NCBI GenBank assembly: GCA_902773895.1
Contig: CACYGB010000013.1
Coordinates: forward strand, 1,050 to 65,049
Length of the DNA: 64,000 bases
Direction of reading: 5' to 3'
From: an uncultured Eubacteriales bacterium
GTDB lineage: Bacteria; Bacillota; Clostridia; Christensenellales; Aristaeellaceae
Below, in pieces: positions 19,001 through 27,525 of this stretch. The notes beneath the pieces are model-generated. The model had not been told where the DNA came from. It made no database searches and worked only from the letters and a program-made list of their open reading frames with translations. Numbering within the stretch: the first letter of the stretch is position 1; each line of letters begins with the position of its first letter. Made by a program: the position numbers and the translations under genes.

Positions 19001-20349
19001 GCCAGCTTCACCGCGCCGATTTCAATGATGCGGTCCTTGGCGGTGTTGAGCCCGGTGGTTTCAAAGTCCAGCACGATCACCGGCGTATCCAGGGGCAGGT
19101 CGGTATCGCCCGTCACCGCTTCGTCGTCGTCGGTCAGGTAGCCTTCCACGCCGGGGATCAGCTTGATGCCGAACTTCTTGGCTGCGCCGAAGGCTTCCGG
19201 GAAGGCCTGCACCACCCCGTGGTCGGTCACGGCGATGGCTTCGTGGCCCCATTTGGCCGCCCGCTCGATCAGGGAAGTGGCGCTGGATACGGCGTCCATG
19301 TTGCTCATCTGGGTGTGCAAATGCAATTCGATGCGCTTCTCCGGGGCGTTGTCCATGCGCTGGGGCAGATCGCAGGCGGACAGGTCCCGGGCCATGATGC
19401 CCGTTTCGTGGGCAAAATTGTCGTACTGGGCGTCGCCCCGCACCAGGATGCCCATGCCGGGTTTCACGGCCTTGACCACCTTTTCCACCGCTTCCCGCTG
19501 CTCGTCGGTAATGGGCGGCGGATCCTCGTCCTTCCGGGGCTTGGGCCGGTAGCGCAGGAAGATCTTGCACCGGATGGTGCTGGTGTAATCGGTGACCAGG
19601 AAAGACAGCAGCACCATTTCGCCGCCGCCCACTTCCTTGCTTTCAGCCGACAGCACCTTGCCCCGGATCACCACCAGGCCGCTGTCGTCCCGGATCTCCC
19701 GGATGGGAACGGGCGGATCGCCGATGGCCTTGCCCCGGATGCGGGGGTCTTTTTTGACCGGCTTTTCCTCTGCTTGGGCGGCCAGCTCCTCGTACCTTGC
19801 GGCGCGCTCCGCCGCGACGCGGTCCTGGTGCTCCCGTTCCTCCTGCAGCGCCCGCAGGCGCTTTTCCTCGTCCCCGCAAATGCGCAGCGACACTTCGGTG
19901 TCCAGCCGGAAAATATCCCGGATCACCTGGGCCAATTGCTCCTGCACGTTTTGCTTTTCCAGGTAATGGTAGGAAAACTCGTCGGGCATTTCCAGGGTGA
20001 CGCGGCCGTTGCCGGGCACCCAGCGCATGTCAAATTCCCAGGACGCCGTGGCCGGGTAATGCCGGATCAGGAAATTGTTCAGCGGCGCGGCGTACTGGTC
20101 CGGATGCTGCAAAAATTCCCGGGCCAGGGACGGGCTGGCCACGCGCAGGGAAAATTTCAGCCCCGGAAACGCCTTTTCCAGCGCGGTTTTCATCACGAAA
20201 AAGCCCTTCTCCCCGATCAGCACATCGGAAAGGAAGGAAAAGTACGCCTTGTTTTCGCTTTTCACATACCGCACCCGTTCAATGGCGATCTTGCCCTCGG
20301 TTTCGGGCAGCGCCTTGTGCACGGCCTGCAGCAATTCGTCATACGTCAT
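16069..20349 (-). CDS. polC: DNA polymerase III alpha subunit, PolC type
   Basis: 1426 aa. It has the 3'-5' exonuclease motif VIVLDFETTGL, a PHP domain (HLHTQMS), and the PolC layout. Confidence 0.95.
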   Translation of the reverse strand: MTYDELLQAVHKALPETEGKIAIERVRYVKSENKAYFSFLSDVLIGEKGFFVMKTALEKAFPGLKFSLRVASPSLAREFLQHPDQYAAPLNNFLIRHYPATASWEFDMRWVPGNGRVTLEMPDEFSYHYLEKQNVQEQLAQVIRDIFRLDTEVSLRICGDEEKRLRALQEEREHQDRVAAERAARYEELAAQAEEKPVKKDPRIRGKAIGDPPVPIREIRDDSGLVVIRGKVLSAESKEVGGGEMVLLSFLVTDYTSTIRCKIFLRYRPKPRKDEDPPPITDEQREAVEKVVKAVKPGMGILVRGDAQYDNFAHETGIMARDLSACDLPQRMDNAPEKRIELHLHTQMSNMDAVSSATSLIERAAKWGHEAIAVTDHGVVQAFPEAFGAAKKFGIKLIPGVEGYLTDDDEAVTGDTDLPLDTPVIVLDFETTGLNTAKDRIIEIGAVKLAHGQVVDSFGELVNPGMLLPQKITEITHITDQMLRDRPNAAELLPKLLAFMDGCPIAAHNAKFDCAVLESELKRLGLEYKAPQIDTLTLARKLYPELKSHRLGSVCKRLGVSLKDAHRAVNDAAATAQCLARMMDDARKKGAEKLKDLNDVSKGYTLGNSWHIILLAADQDGMTNLNHMISEAHLKYFRRKPHIPRAVLQKYRKGVIVGSACEAGELYSAMVDGASDEKLAKIARFYDYLEIQPLGNNAFLIREGKVADEEALREYNRRIVRLGEKLGLPVVATGDVHFLDPEDAIFRSIIQAGQGYSDADLQPPLYFKTTEEMLDEFSYLGAEKAYEVVIKNPKLVASRIGKPALFPPHPEGKTTFSPFWPEAENDIKTLTYGKAHALYGDELPDIVQKRIDKELGAIVGYGYCTLYSIAQKLVKKSLADGYVVGSRGSVGSSFVAFLTGITEINSLPPHYRCENCRKADFDIPPQYTIGVDLPDKVCPVCGKPLVKDGFDIPFEAFLGFKGDKVPDIDLNFSGEYQPRAHNYVKELFGEEFVFRAGTIGTLAEKTAYGYVLKYLEERNLTVPDAEKERLAAGCVGVKRTTGQHPAGMVVLPQEYDICQFTAVQHPADDTESTTVTTHYDFNSMHDILVKLDILGHDDPTMLHMMEELTGVNFRKIPLGDKKVMSLFSSPEALGVTREEIGCNTGTFGVPEFGTAFVRQMLEDTHPSTMQELIRISGLSHGTDVWLGNAKDLIDKGIVPLSQCLCTREDIMNQLMQQGVPAKMAFDTMEFVRKGKGLKPEMAEAMHEHNVPAWFEESCRKIKYMFPKGHAAAYVTMALRVAWYKVYYPQAYYAAYFTIRGDGLKEMYALDQEKKTTAKDKDSITALEMVLEMMARGYYFLPADLYKSDVSRFIPEGDKGLRVPFTALGGLGESVAQSIVEAREIPFISVEDLKNRGKVSSAVLDLLREHGCLKDLAETNQVTLFQL

Positions 20350-20394
20350 AGCTGATTTCCATTCGTTTTTCTCGCGGCGCGGAAGAAAAAGGGC

Positions 20395-20790
20395 TCAGTC
20401 GATCCACCATTCGGGGGTCAGTTCGCCCAGCTTCATCACGCGCCCCTTGGCGTAGTCGATCATGATTTCAATGTCTTTGTAGGCGCCGGGCATCAGCTGC
20501 GTCATCAGCTCCCGGCACGCGCCGCACGGCGCGCCTTTCCCTTCGTTGGGCGGAATGCACAGGACCCGGTCGATTTCATGCTCCCCGTTGGTGATCATGT
20601 TGAAAATGGCGTTTCTTTCCGCGCAGATGCCCAGCGACGAGCAGGTGTCGATGCAGACGCCCACATAGATTTTTCCCGATTTGGACCGGACGGCCGCCGA
20701 TACTTCCCCCGCGGTCACGTAGTCCGACAGGGTTCGCGCGCCCAGCACCGCCTTGGCGGCGCGGTACATCTCTTCCCAGATGGAATCCAT
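20395..20790 (-). CDS. Cytidine/deoxycytidylate deaminase-fold protein
   Basis: 131 aa with the zinc motifs CAERNAI and PCGACRELM. I preferred the start at MDSIW because of RBS spacing. An alternative ATG lies at 20799. Confidence 0.7.
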   Translation of the reverse strand: MDSIWEEMYRAAKAVLGARTLSDYVTAGEVSAAVRSKSGKIYVGVCIDTCSSLGICAERNAIFNMITNGEHEIDRVLCIPPNEGKGAPCGACRELMTQLMPGAYKDIEIMIDYAKGRVMKLGELTPEWWID

Positions 20791-20816
20791 AAACAGCATC
20801 CTTTCTTCGGCCTGCG

Positions 20817-21890
20817 TCACGCGCCGCCGTGGGCTTCGCCGGCCGGCTGCGCCAGGTATTCCCGCACGGCCCGGGCCATTTCTTCCGCCAGGTTGCCGGT
20901 GAGCTTTTTCACGGGCTTGCCCTTGATGTACAGCGCGCCGCAGTCCTTGCCGCCGCACAGGGCGATGTCGGCGTCCCGGGCTTCGCCGGGGCCGTTGACC
21001 ACGCAGCCCATGACGGCCACCGTGACGGGCAGGTCCAGGTCGGCAAATTCCCGGGTCAGGCGTTCCGCGATGGAGGCCACGTCGATTTGCGCCCGGCCGC
21101 AGGTGGGGCAGGATACGAACCGGATGCCCCGGCGCAGCCCCAGCGCCCGCAGGATGTCCATGGCGGCGTGGGGTTCGTTGACGGGGTCGCCGGTCAGGGA
21201 CACGCGCACCGTATCGCCGATGCCGTCCAGCAGCAGCGACCCGATGCCGATGGCGGATTTGACGGTGCCCTGGCCGGGCAGCCCCGCTTCGGTGACGCCC
21301 AGGTGCAGGGGATAATCGCATTTTTCGTGCATCAGCCGGTACGCCGCCACCGTGGTGGGCACGGAGGAGGATTTCAGGGAGATCACGATGTCGTCAAAAT
21401 GCGCGTTCTCCAGGATGCGCACGTGGCGCATGGCGCTTTCCACCATGCCTTCCGGCGTTACGCCGCCTTCCTTTTCCAGAATGTCTTTTTCCAGGGAGCC
21501 GGAATTGACGCCGATGCGGATGGGCACATGGTGCGCTTTGGCGCAGTCCACCACCCGGCGCACCTTATCCTCGCTGCCGATGTTGCCGGGGTTGATGCGC
21601 ATTTTGTGGATGCCGTTTTCCATGGCGGCGATGGCCAGGGTGTGGTCGAAATGGATGTCGGCCACCAGCGGCACGGGGCTTTGGTCCACCAGCGCCCGCA
21701 CGGCGCCGGCGCAGGCCCGGTCATACACCGAAACGCGCACCAGGTCGCACCCGGAGGCGGCCAGGGCCTTGATCTGCTCCAGGGTGGCGCCCACGTCCCG
21801 GGTGTCGGTGTTGGTCATGGATTGGATGGATACCGGCGCGCCGCCGCCGATGGCCACGGAGCCGGCGAAAACCTGTTTCTTTGCGCCCAT
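20817..21890 (-). CDS. ispG: 4-hydroxy-3-methylbut-2-enyl diphosphate synthase
   Basis: 357 aa with SIQSMTNTDT and the C-terminal cluster motifs CPTCGR...GCVVNGPGE. Confidence 0.9.
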   Translation of the reverse strand: MGAKKQVFAGSVAIGGGAPVSIQSMTNTDTRDVGATLEQIKALAASGCDLVRVSVYDRACAGAVRALVDQSPVPLVADIHFDHTLAIAAMENGIHKMRINPGNIGSEDKVRRVVDCAKAHHVPIRIGVNSGSLEKDILEKEGGVTPEGMVESAMRHVRILENAHFDDIVISLKSSSVPTTVAAYRLMHEKCDYPLHLGVTEAGLPGQGTVKSAIGIGSLLLDGIGDTVRVSLTGDPVNEPHAAMDILRALGLRRGIRFVSCPTCGRAQIDVASIAERLTREFADLDLPVTVAVMGCVVNGPGEARDADIALCGGKDCGALYIKGKPVKKLTGNLAEEMARAVREYLAQPAGEAHGGA

Positions 21891-21905
21891 TGCAGTCTCC
21901 TTCGT

Positions 21906-23024
21906 TTAACGGAAGATCCGGAGTACGTCCTTGAATGTCATCACGATCAGCAGCCCGAACAAAAGCGCGTAGCCGGCGGTGTGCACATAGGCCTCCACCC
22001 GCTGGGGCACCGGCTTGCGCCGAATGGCTTCAATGATCAGGAACACGATGCGGCTGCCGTCCAGCCCGGGAATGGGGATCAGGTTGAACAGCCCCAGGTT
22101 CACCGAAATCAGCACCAGCAGCTGGGCGTAGGTCAGGAAGGCGTCCGTGCCCGAGGTGCGGGCGGCGGTCTGCGTTTCTTCGGCGATCAGCTGGATGATG
22201 CCCACCGGGCCGGAGGATTCCTCAAACCCCTTGCCGGTGGTGACCAGGTCCTTCAGGCTGGTCAGGATGGCGCCGCCGGCGCGCACGCAGTAATCGGCCC
22301 CCAGGGAAACGGCCCGGGGCAGGGAAACGGGGGTATATCCCGGCGTGTACTGCACCAGCAGCGTGATCCCGATCAGGGAGCGTTTTTCCTTTTCATCGTA
22401 CCGGGGGGCGGCGTACAGCGTCAGGGTTTCCTCTCCGCGCTGCACGGTGAACGCCAGGGGGTCGTCCCCGGGCTGGTAGAGGTCGATGAGCTGAGAGATC
22501 TTATAGCGGCCGCCGCTGTCGGCCAGGCCCCGGGCGTCCTGGCCGTTCACGGCCGTCAGCACGTCGCCGGGCTGCATGCCGGCCTCGGCGGCCGGGCTGT
22601 TTTCCGAAACGGTTTGCACCACGGTGTAGCCGTACACGCCCTGGGTGTCTTCGCCCACCGTGCCGAAAATGCAGGCCGCCACCACCAGCGCCAGCAGGAA
22701 ATTCATTACCGGACCGGCCGCCACCGTGATGATCCGCTTCCATACGGCGTAATTGCCCATGGCCCGGGGGTCGGTGCTGGCCTCTTTGCCTGCGGTGTCG
22801 TCTTCCCCGTAGAACATGCAGTAGCCGCCCGCCGGGATCAAACGCAGGAAAAACCTGGTGTCGTATTTTTTGCTTTTCCATTCCAGGATCTTGGGGCCGA
22901 ACCCGATGGCGTATTCCTTCACCGGGATGCCGGTCATGCGCGCGGCCCAGAAATGGCCCGCTTCGTGCACCGTCACCATGATACCCAGCATCAGGATAGC
23001 GGCGATGATGTAGAAAACCGTCAT
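21906..23024 (-). CDS. rseP: RIP zinc metalloprotease (M50, RseP/YluC type)
   Basis: 372 aa with HEAGHF (HExxH), a PDZ-like middle region, and a polytopic membrane layout. Confidence 0.85.
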   Translation of the reverse strand: MTVFYIIAAILMLGIMVTVHEAGHFWAARMTGIPVKEYAIGFGPKILEWKSKKYDTRFFLRLIPAGGYCMFYGEDDTAGKEASTDPRAMGNYAVWKRIITVAAGPVMNFLLALVVAACIFGTVGEDTQGVYGYTVVQTVSENSPAAEAGMQPGDVLTAVNGQDARGLADSGGRYKISQLIDLYQPGDDPLAFTVQRGEETLTLYAAPRYDEKEKRSLIGITLLVQYTPGYTPVSLPRAVSLGADYCVRAGGAILTSLKDLVTTGKGFEESSGPVGIIQLIAEETQTAARTSGTDAFLTYAQLLVLISVNLGLFNLIPIPGLDGSRIVFLIIEAIRRKPVPQRVEAYVHTAGYALLFGLLIVMTFKDVLRIFR

Positions 23025-23042
23025 AGTGCCTCCTTAGGAATT

Positions 23043-23088
23043 TGCAGGGGGAACCCGCTTTTGAAGCCAAAAGCGGGCTCCCCCTGCA
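23043..23088. repeat. 21-bp-stem hairpin in the dxr-rseP spacer
   Basis: TGCAGGGGGAACCCGCTTTTG-aagc-CAAAAGCGGGCTCCCCCTGCA, with one mismatch. A second related GC-rich hairpin follows at about 23112-23145. Confidence 0.75.
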
Positions 23089-23183
23089 CCCCTTCCCGAA
23101 AACCCCTGCGGGATGGGGCGGAACGCCGCTTCAAAGCGGCCTCCCCGTGCTGCTGCATGGGGAATGCCATGTGGGATGATCCG

Positions 23184-24323
23184 TCAGTTTTTATGGATCA
23201 GGCGGCCGGCTTCTTCCCGGGCCAGGGCGTCGGCCCGGTCAATGTCGGCCAGATCCCGCGCCGGCAGGGAACCGTACTTTTGCAGCGCGCCCGCCACCAC
23301 CCCGGCGATGCGGCCGAAGGGGATTTCCTCCCGCAGGAAGGCGTAGCAGGCTGTTTCGTTGGCGGCGTTGAGCACGCAGGCCGCCGCGCCGCCGGCGCGC
23401 AGCGCGTCGTACGCCATGCCGATGGCCGGGAATTTTTCGGTGTCCGGCTTTTCAAAGGTCAGCTGACGCAGCTGGAACAGATCCAGTTCCCGGGCACCGG
23501 TTTCCAGCCGCTCCGGATAGCTCATGGCGTACAGGATGGGCACCTTCATATCCGGGCTGCCCAGCTGGGCGATCACCGCCCCGTCCTTGAACTGCACGGC
23601 GGAATGAACGATGGACTGCGGGTGCACCACCACCTGGATCTGCTCCGGATAGGCGTCAAAAAGCCATTTGGCCTCGATGATTTCCAGCGCTTTGTTGAAC
23701 ATGCTGGCGGAATCCACGGTGATCTTGGCACCCATGTTCCAGGTGGGGTGGCCCAGGGCCTGCGTCACGGTGGCGGCGGCGATCTGATCCTTTTCCCACG
23801 TGCGGAAGGGCCCGCCGGAGGCCGTCAGCAGGATTTTTTCGTAGCGGTTGGGGCCGGCACCCTGCAGGCACTGGAAAATGGCGCTGTGTTCGCTGTCCAC
23901 CGGCAGCAGCGTTCCCGGGGGACAGGCGTTCATCACCATTTCGCCGCCGGCCACCAGCGTTTCCTTGTTGGCCAGCAGCACCCGCTTGTCGGCTTTCCGG
24001 GCGGCCATGACGGATTTCAGCCCCGCGACGCCCACCACGGCGGCCAGCACGTCGCTGCCCTCCGCCTGGGCGGCCACTTCTTCCAGCGCCCGGGGGCCGA
24101 AGCGGAATTCGCAAAAGGAAAGATCGGCAGGGATCGGGGCGTGATCCATGCCGGTCAGCGCCGCCAGACGGGGGCGCAGCAGACGAACCTGATCAAACAA
24201 AAGCGCCGCGTTCCGGTGAGCGGTCAGCGCGGTGACAAAAAAGCGGTCCGGATGCAGGGAAAGAACGTCGATGGCTTGCCGGCCGATGGAGCCGGTGCTG
24301 CCCAGGATGGCAATGCCGCGCAT
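23184..24323 (-). CDS. dxr: 1-deoxy-D-xylulose 5-phosphate reductoisomerase
   Basis: 379 aa starting MRGIAILGSTGSIGRQ. Confidence 0.9.
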   Translation of the reverse strand: MRGIAILGSTGSIGRQAIDVLSLHPDRFFVTALTAHRNAALLFDQVRLLRPRLAALTGMDHAPIPADLSFCEFRFGPRALEEVAAQAEGSDVLAAVVGVAGLKSVMAARKADKRVLLANKETLVAGGEMVMNACPPGTLLPVDSEHSAIFQCLQGAGPNRYEKILLTASGGPFRTWEKDQIAAATVTQALGHPTWNMGAKITVDSASMFNKALEIIEAKWLFDAYPEQIQVVVHPQSIVHSAVQFKDGAVIAQLGSPDMKVPILYAMSYPERLETGARELDLFQLRQLTFEKPDTEKFPAIGMAYDALRAGGAAACVLNAANETACYAFLREEIPFGRIAGVVAGALQKYGSLPARDLADIDRADALAREEAGRLIHKN

Positions 24324-24339
24324 GGGTTTCGTTTCCTCC

Positions 24340-25158
24340 TCAGGCGATCATCAGGGTGGACAGGTTCAGGTACACGTACATGACCACTGTGGACCAATAT
24401 ACGCTGTCCAGCCGGTCCATCATGCCGCCGTGGCCGGGGAAAATGGAGCCAAAGTCCTTGAGCCCGCAATGACGCTTGATCAGGGAAGCGAACAAATCGC
24501 CCAGCTGCCCGGCAAAGCCGCCGACAAAGCCCAGCACCAGGAAGTGCCAGATGGGCGGCAGCGTGCTGGTGAAAAAGGTGAACCCGAGCCACACCGCCAG
24601 GGCGAACAGCAGGCTGCCCGCCATGCCGGCCACGGCGCCTTCCACCGTTTTGTTGGGGCTGACGGCGGGGCACAGCTTGCGCCGGCCGATGCGGCTGCCG
24701 ATAAAGTACGCCAGGGTGTCGCCGAACAGCGGCACGCCGAAGGCCAGGATGGTCAGCATCAATTGGTCCGCCCGGTCCGGCGCGTTCTGCAGCCCCAGCA
24801 TGCACATGCCGGGCAGCAGCACGCAGCCCAGCGGCATCACGGACATCAGGATGTCCTCCAGCCGCGGCTCCGAACGGAACATGATGACGCCCGCGGTGAG
24901 CATGGCGGCGCCCGCCACCAGGGGCAGCAGCAGCGTGATGCTGCCCATCAGGTTGAACAGGGGAATGGACAGCGCCAGGCACAGCCAGCTGGGCCACTGC
25001 ACGGGCCGGTGCCCCGCGTCGCCCAGCGCCCGGTACACCTCATACATGGCCAGGCAGATGGTGAGCATGTACAGCACTGAAAACACCCAGCCGCCCATGG
25101 CCAGCGCGAAAACCAGCAGAGCGATCAGGCACACGCCTGTAATGATCCGGGTCGTCAT
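24340..25158 (-). CDS. cdsA: Phosphatidate cytidylyltransferase
   Basis: 272 aa with the signature SLIKRHCGLKDFGSIFPGHGGMMDRLDS. Its ATG overlaps the uppS stop. Confidence 0.9.
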   Translation of the reverse strand: MTTRIITGVCLIALLVFALAMGGWVFSVLYMLTICLAMYEVYRALGDAGHRPVQWPSWLCLALSIPLFNLMGSITLLLPLVAGAAMLTAGVIMFRSEPRLEDILMSVMPLGCVLLPGMCMLGLQNAPDRADQLMLTILAFGVPLFGDTLAYFIGSRIGRRKLCPAVSPNKTVEGAVAGMAGSLLFALAVWLGFTFFTSTLPPIWHFLVLGFVGGFAGQLGDLFASLIKRHCGLKDFGSIFPGHGGMMDRLDSVYWSTVVMYVYLNLSTLMIA

Positions 25159-25871
25159 GAATTGCGTCCTCCGTACCGCCGGTCGCGTTTGGCGAACGCG
25201 TCCAGCGCTTGATGATAATCCGCCAGGGAAAAATCGGGCCACAGCACCGTGGGAAACAGGAATTCGGCGTAGGCGCACTGGTAAAGCAGGAAATTGCTCA
25301 GCCGCATTTCCCCGCTGGTGCGGATCAGCAGATCCACGTCCGGCAGCCCGCGGGTGTACAGGGCATCCGCCACCATGGCTTCGTCGATGGCGTCGGGGTC
25401 GATTTCCCCGGCGGCGGCCTTTTTCGCCAGGATGCGGGCGGCCCGGGCCAGTTCGGCGCGGCCGCCGTAGTTGATGGCGATGTTCAGCTTCAGCCCGGTG
25501 TTGTCTTTCGTGCGCTCCTCGGCGCTGATCAGCGCGGTGCGCTGCTTTTCCGGCATGCCGTCCTTGTCGCCCAGAATGCGGATGCACACGTTCTTTTCGT
25601 GCAGTTCGTCGATTTCTGAGGTGAAGAACTCCAGCAGCAGGCCCATCAGGGCCTCCACCTCGCCGGGATCCCGCTTCCAGTTTTCGGTGGAGAAAGCGTA
25701 AAGGGAAAGCGCTTCGATGCCCAAATCGCTGCTTTCCCGGATGATGGCCCGCAGGGCCTCCACGCCGGTGCGGTGACCCAGGGCGATTTTGATTTTATGC
25801 TGCTTGGCCCAGCGCCCGTTGCCGTCCATGATGATGGCCACGTGCCGGGGCAGAATGGGATATGTGGTCAT
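25155..25871 (-). CDS. uppS: Undecaprenyl diphosphate synthase
   Basis: 238 aa with HVAIIMDGNGRWA and FSTENWKR. Confidence 0.9.
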   Translation of the reverse strand: MTTYPILPRHVAIIMDGNGRWAKQHKIKIALGHRTGVEALRAIIRESSDLGIEALSLYAFSTENWKRDPGEVEALMGLLLEFFTSEIDELHEKNVCIRILGDKDGMPEKQRTALISAEERTKDNTGLKLNIAINYGGRAELARAARILAKKAAAGEIDPDAIDEAMVADALYTRGLPDVDLLIRTSGEMRLSNFLLYQCAYAEFLFPTVLWPDFSLADYHQALDAFAKRDRRYGGRNS

Positions 25872-26065
25872 GCGTCTCCTTTTTGCCGGGGCAGGCCGTC
25901 CTTGAACCGTGCCGCGATCAGCGTCCCTTCCCGGCAGGCAATCACCCGCAGGGTGCCTTCCTGCCGCGTTTCTTTCCGGGGCGCGGCGGTTTCCACCACG
26001 GTCACTTCGTCTGCCGGAAGGGAAGAAAGGGCCTCCTTTACAGGACGGCCCAGCAGTTTCTGCAT
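25868..26065 (-). CDS. Small hypothetical protein wedged between frr and uppS
   Basis: 65 aa (MQKLLGRPVKEALSSLPADEVTVVETAAPRKETRQEGTLRVIACREGTLIAARF...). Its start overlaps the frr stop (TGATG) and its stop overlaps the uppS start (ATGA). Confidence 0.5.
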   Translation of the reverse strand: MQKLLGRPVKEALSSLPADEVTVVETAAPRKETRQEGTLRVIACREGTLIAARFKDGLPRQKGDA

Positions 26066-26622
26066 CAGACTTCCATGATCTCCTTTTCTTTTTCGGCGGC
26101 GATCTTGTCGATTTCCTTGATCTGGCTGTCGGTCAGCTTCTGCATTTCGTCTTCCGCCTTGCGCTGATCGTCTTCGGTGATCTGGGAATCCTTCTTGAGC
26201 TTCTTGAACTGCTCCATGGCGTCCCGGCGCATACCGCGCAGGGCCACCTTGGCCTCCTCGGCGCCCTTGCGCACGATCTTGGTCAGGTCCTTGCGGCGTT
26301 CTTCGTTCAATTCGGGCACCACCAGGCGGATCAGCTTGCCGTCGTTGGAGGGGTTCATGCCCAGGTCGCTTTTCTGGATGGCCTTTTCCACCAGGGGAAT
26401 GGCCTTGGGATCCCACAGGGAAATGGTGAGCAGCCGGGGTTCGGGGCTGTTGATGTTGCCCATCTGCTTCAGGGGCGTCTGGGTGCCGTAATAGTCCACC
26501 ATGATCCGGTCCAGGATCTGGGGATTGGCGCGGCCGGCCCGCAGGGACAGCATATCCTTTTGATAGAATTCCCGGGTCTTTTCCATCTTCGCTTTCGCTT
26601 CGTTAATGACTGCGCGATACAT
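26065..26622 (-). CDS. frr: Ribosome recycling factor
   Basis: 185 aa from MYRAVINEAKAKMEK, which is M6 of the tracked ORF and is preceded by a GGAGGA RBS. The RRF sequence is typical. Confidence 0.9.
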   Translation of the reverse strand: MYRAVINEAKAKMEKTREFYQKDMLSLRAGRANPQILDRIMVDYYGTQTPLKQMGNINSPEPRLLTISLWDPKAIPLVEKAIQKSDLGMNPSNDGKLIRLVVPELNEERRKDLTKIVRKGAEEAKVALRGMRRDAMEQFKKLKKDSQITEDDQRKAEDEMQKLTDSQIKEIDKIAAEKEKEIMEV

Positions 26623-26701
26623 ACCTTCGTCCTCCATTCGTTCATTCTATGAATTGCTGAATCTATTTTACCCTTTTTCAGGGCAGGATGCAAGCGAATT
26701 A

Positions 26702-27247
26702 TTATGGAAAGGATTTTTTTGTTTCCGCCGGCAGCGGCCGGCCCAGCATTTCTTCCGCCAGCGCCCATTCCCCCCGGGCCAGGGCGGCGCGGATGGCGGA
26801 GGAGGAAATGCGCGTGCCGTCCGCAAGCGTGACGGGGGGCACCACGGTCAGGCGGACCCCGTGGCTGTCGCACAATTGCTGCAATTCCTGTACGCCCCAG
26901 GCGCCCCGGTAGCCGAAGCGGTGGTCGTCCCCGCACACCACGTGGGCCGCGTGCAAGCGCCCCAGCACCACGCGCTCAAAAAATTCGTCCCCGGACATGG
27001 TGCGCGTCCGCTCGTCAAAGGGGCTGACGGCCACCTGGTCCGCGCCGGCGGCGCGCAGCAGGCGCTCCCGCTCTTCCAGGGTGGTCAGCGCCGGGCCTTT
27101 GCCGCCGGGAGCCCGGTCAAAAGTGTGAACGCAGACCGGGAGCCCCGCTTCCCGCGCGGCCTTCTTTGCGGCGGCCAGCAGGGCCAGGTGCCCCCTGTGC
27201 ACGCCGTCAAAAAAACCCAGGCACACCACGGTTCCCTGCGTTCCCAT
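26702..27247 (-). CDS. FMN adenylyltransferase (FAD synthetase N-terminal domain only)
   Basis: 181 aa with GFFDGVHRGHLALL and ISSSAIR. No riboflavin kinase domain follows. Confidence 0.75.
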   Translation of the reverse strand: MGTQGTVVCLGFFDGVHRGHLALLAAAKKAAREAGLPVCVHTFDRAPGGKGPALTTLEERERLLRAAGADQVAVSPFDERTRTMSGDEFFERVVLGRLHAAHVVCGDDHRFGYRGAWGVQELQQLCDSHGVRLTVVPPVTLADGTRISSSAIRAALARGEWALAEEMLGRPLPAETKKSFP

Positions 27248-27440
27248 GCGCTTATCTCCTTTTTGCGTTTCCGTTTCATGCCGCTTTGGGCAGCGGCATT
27301 ATTCTATCATACTTTGCTTCGCGGCGCAACCGGTGCCGGGGAAAGCGGCGTTTTGCATGCATATTCTTTCATAAATCATGGAAGAATGCTGTAATTATCC
27401 GGGATTTTTTTGTTTTTTGTCGGAATTGGGAGGAAATGAA

Positions 27441-27470
27441 TTGACTTGCGGCAGAAGATTATGATATAAT
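27441..27470 (+). promoter_or_regulatory. Sigma-A-type promoter of the Opp-like operon
   Basis: TTGACT, an 18-nt spacer, then TATAAT, located 56 nt upstream of the ATG at 27526. Confidence 0.6.
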
Positions 27471-27525
27471 ACTTCGACCATACGGGCAAAACCTGATGGG
27501 AAATATTAAGGGAGGGAAATCTCAG

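Noticed and set aside
20829-24383. 1184-aa ORF on the plus strand
   Set aside because: It is antisense to ispG, rseP and dxr. It is the same mirror-frame artefact, and it crosses three real genes and their spacers.
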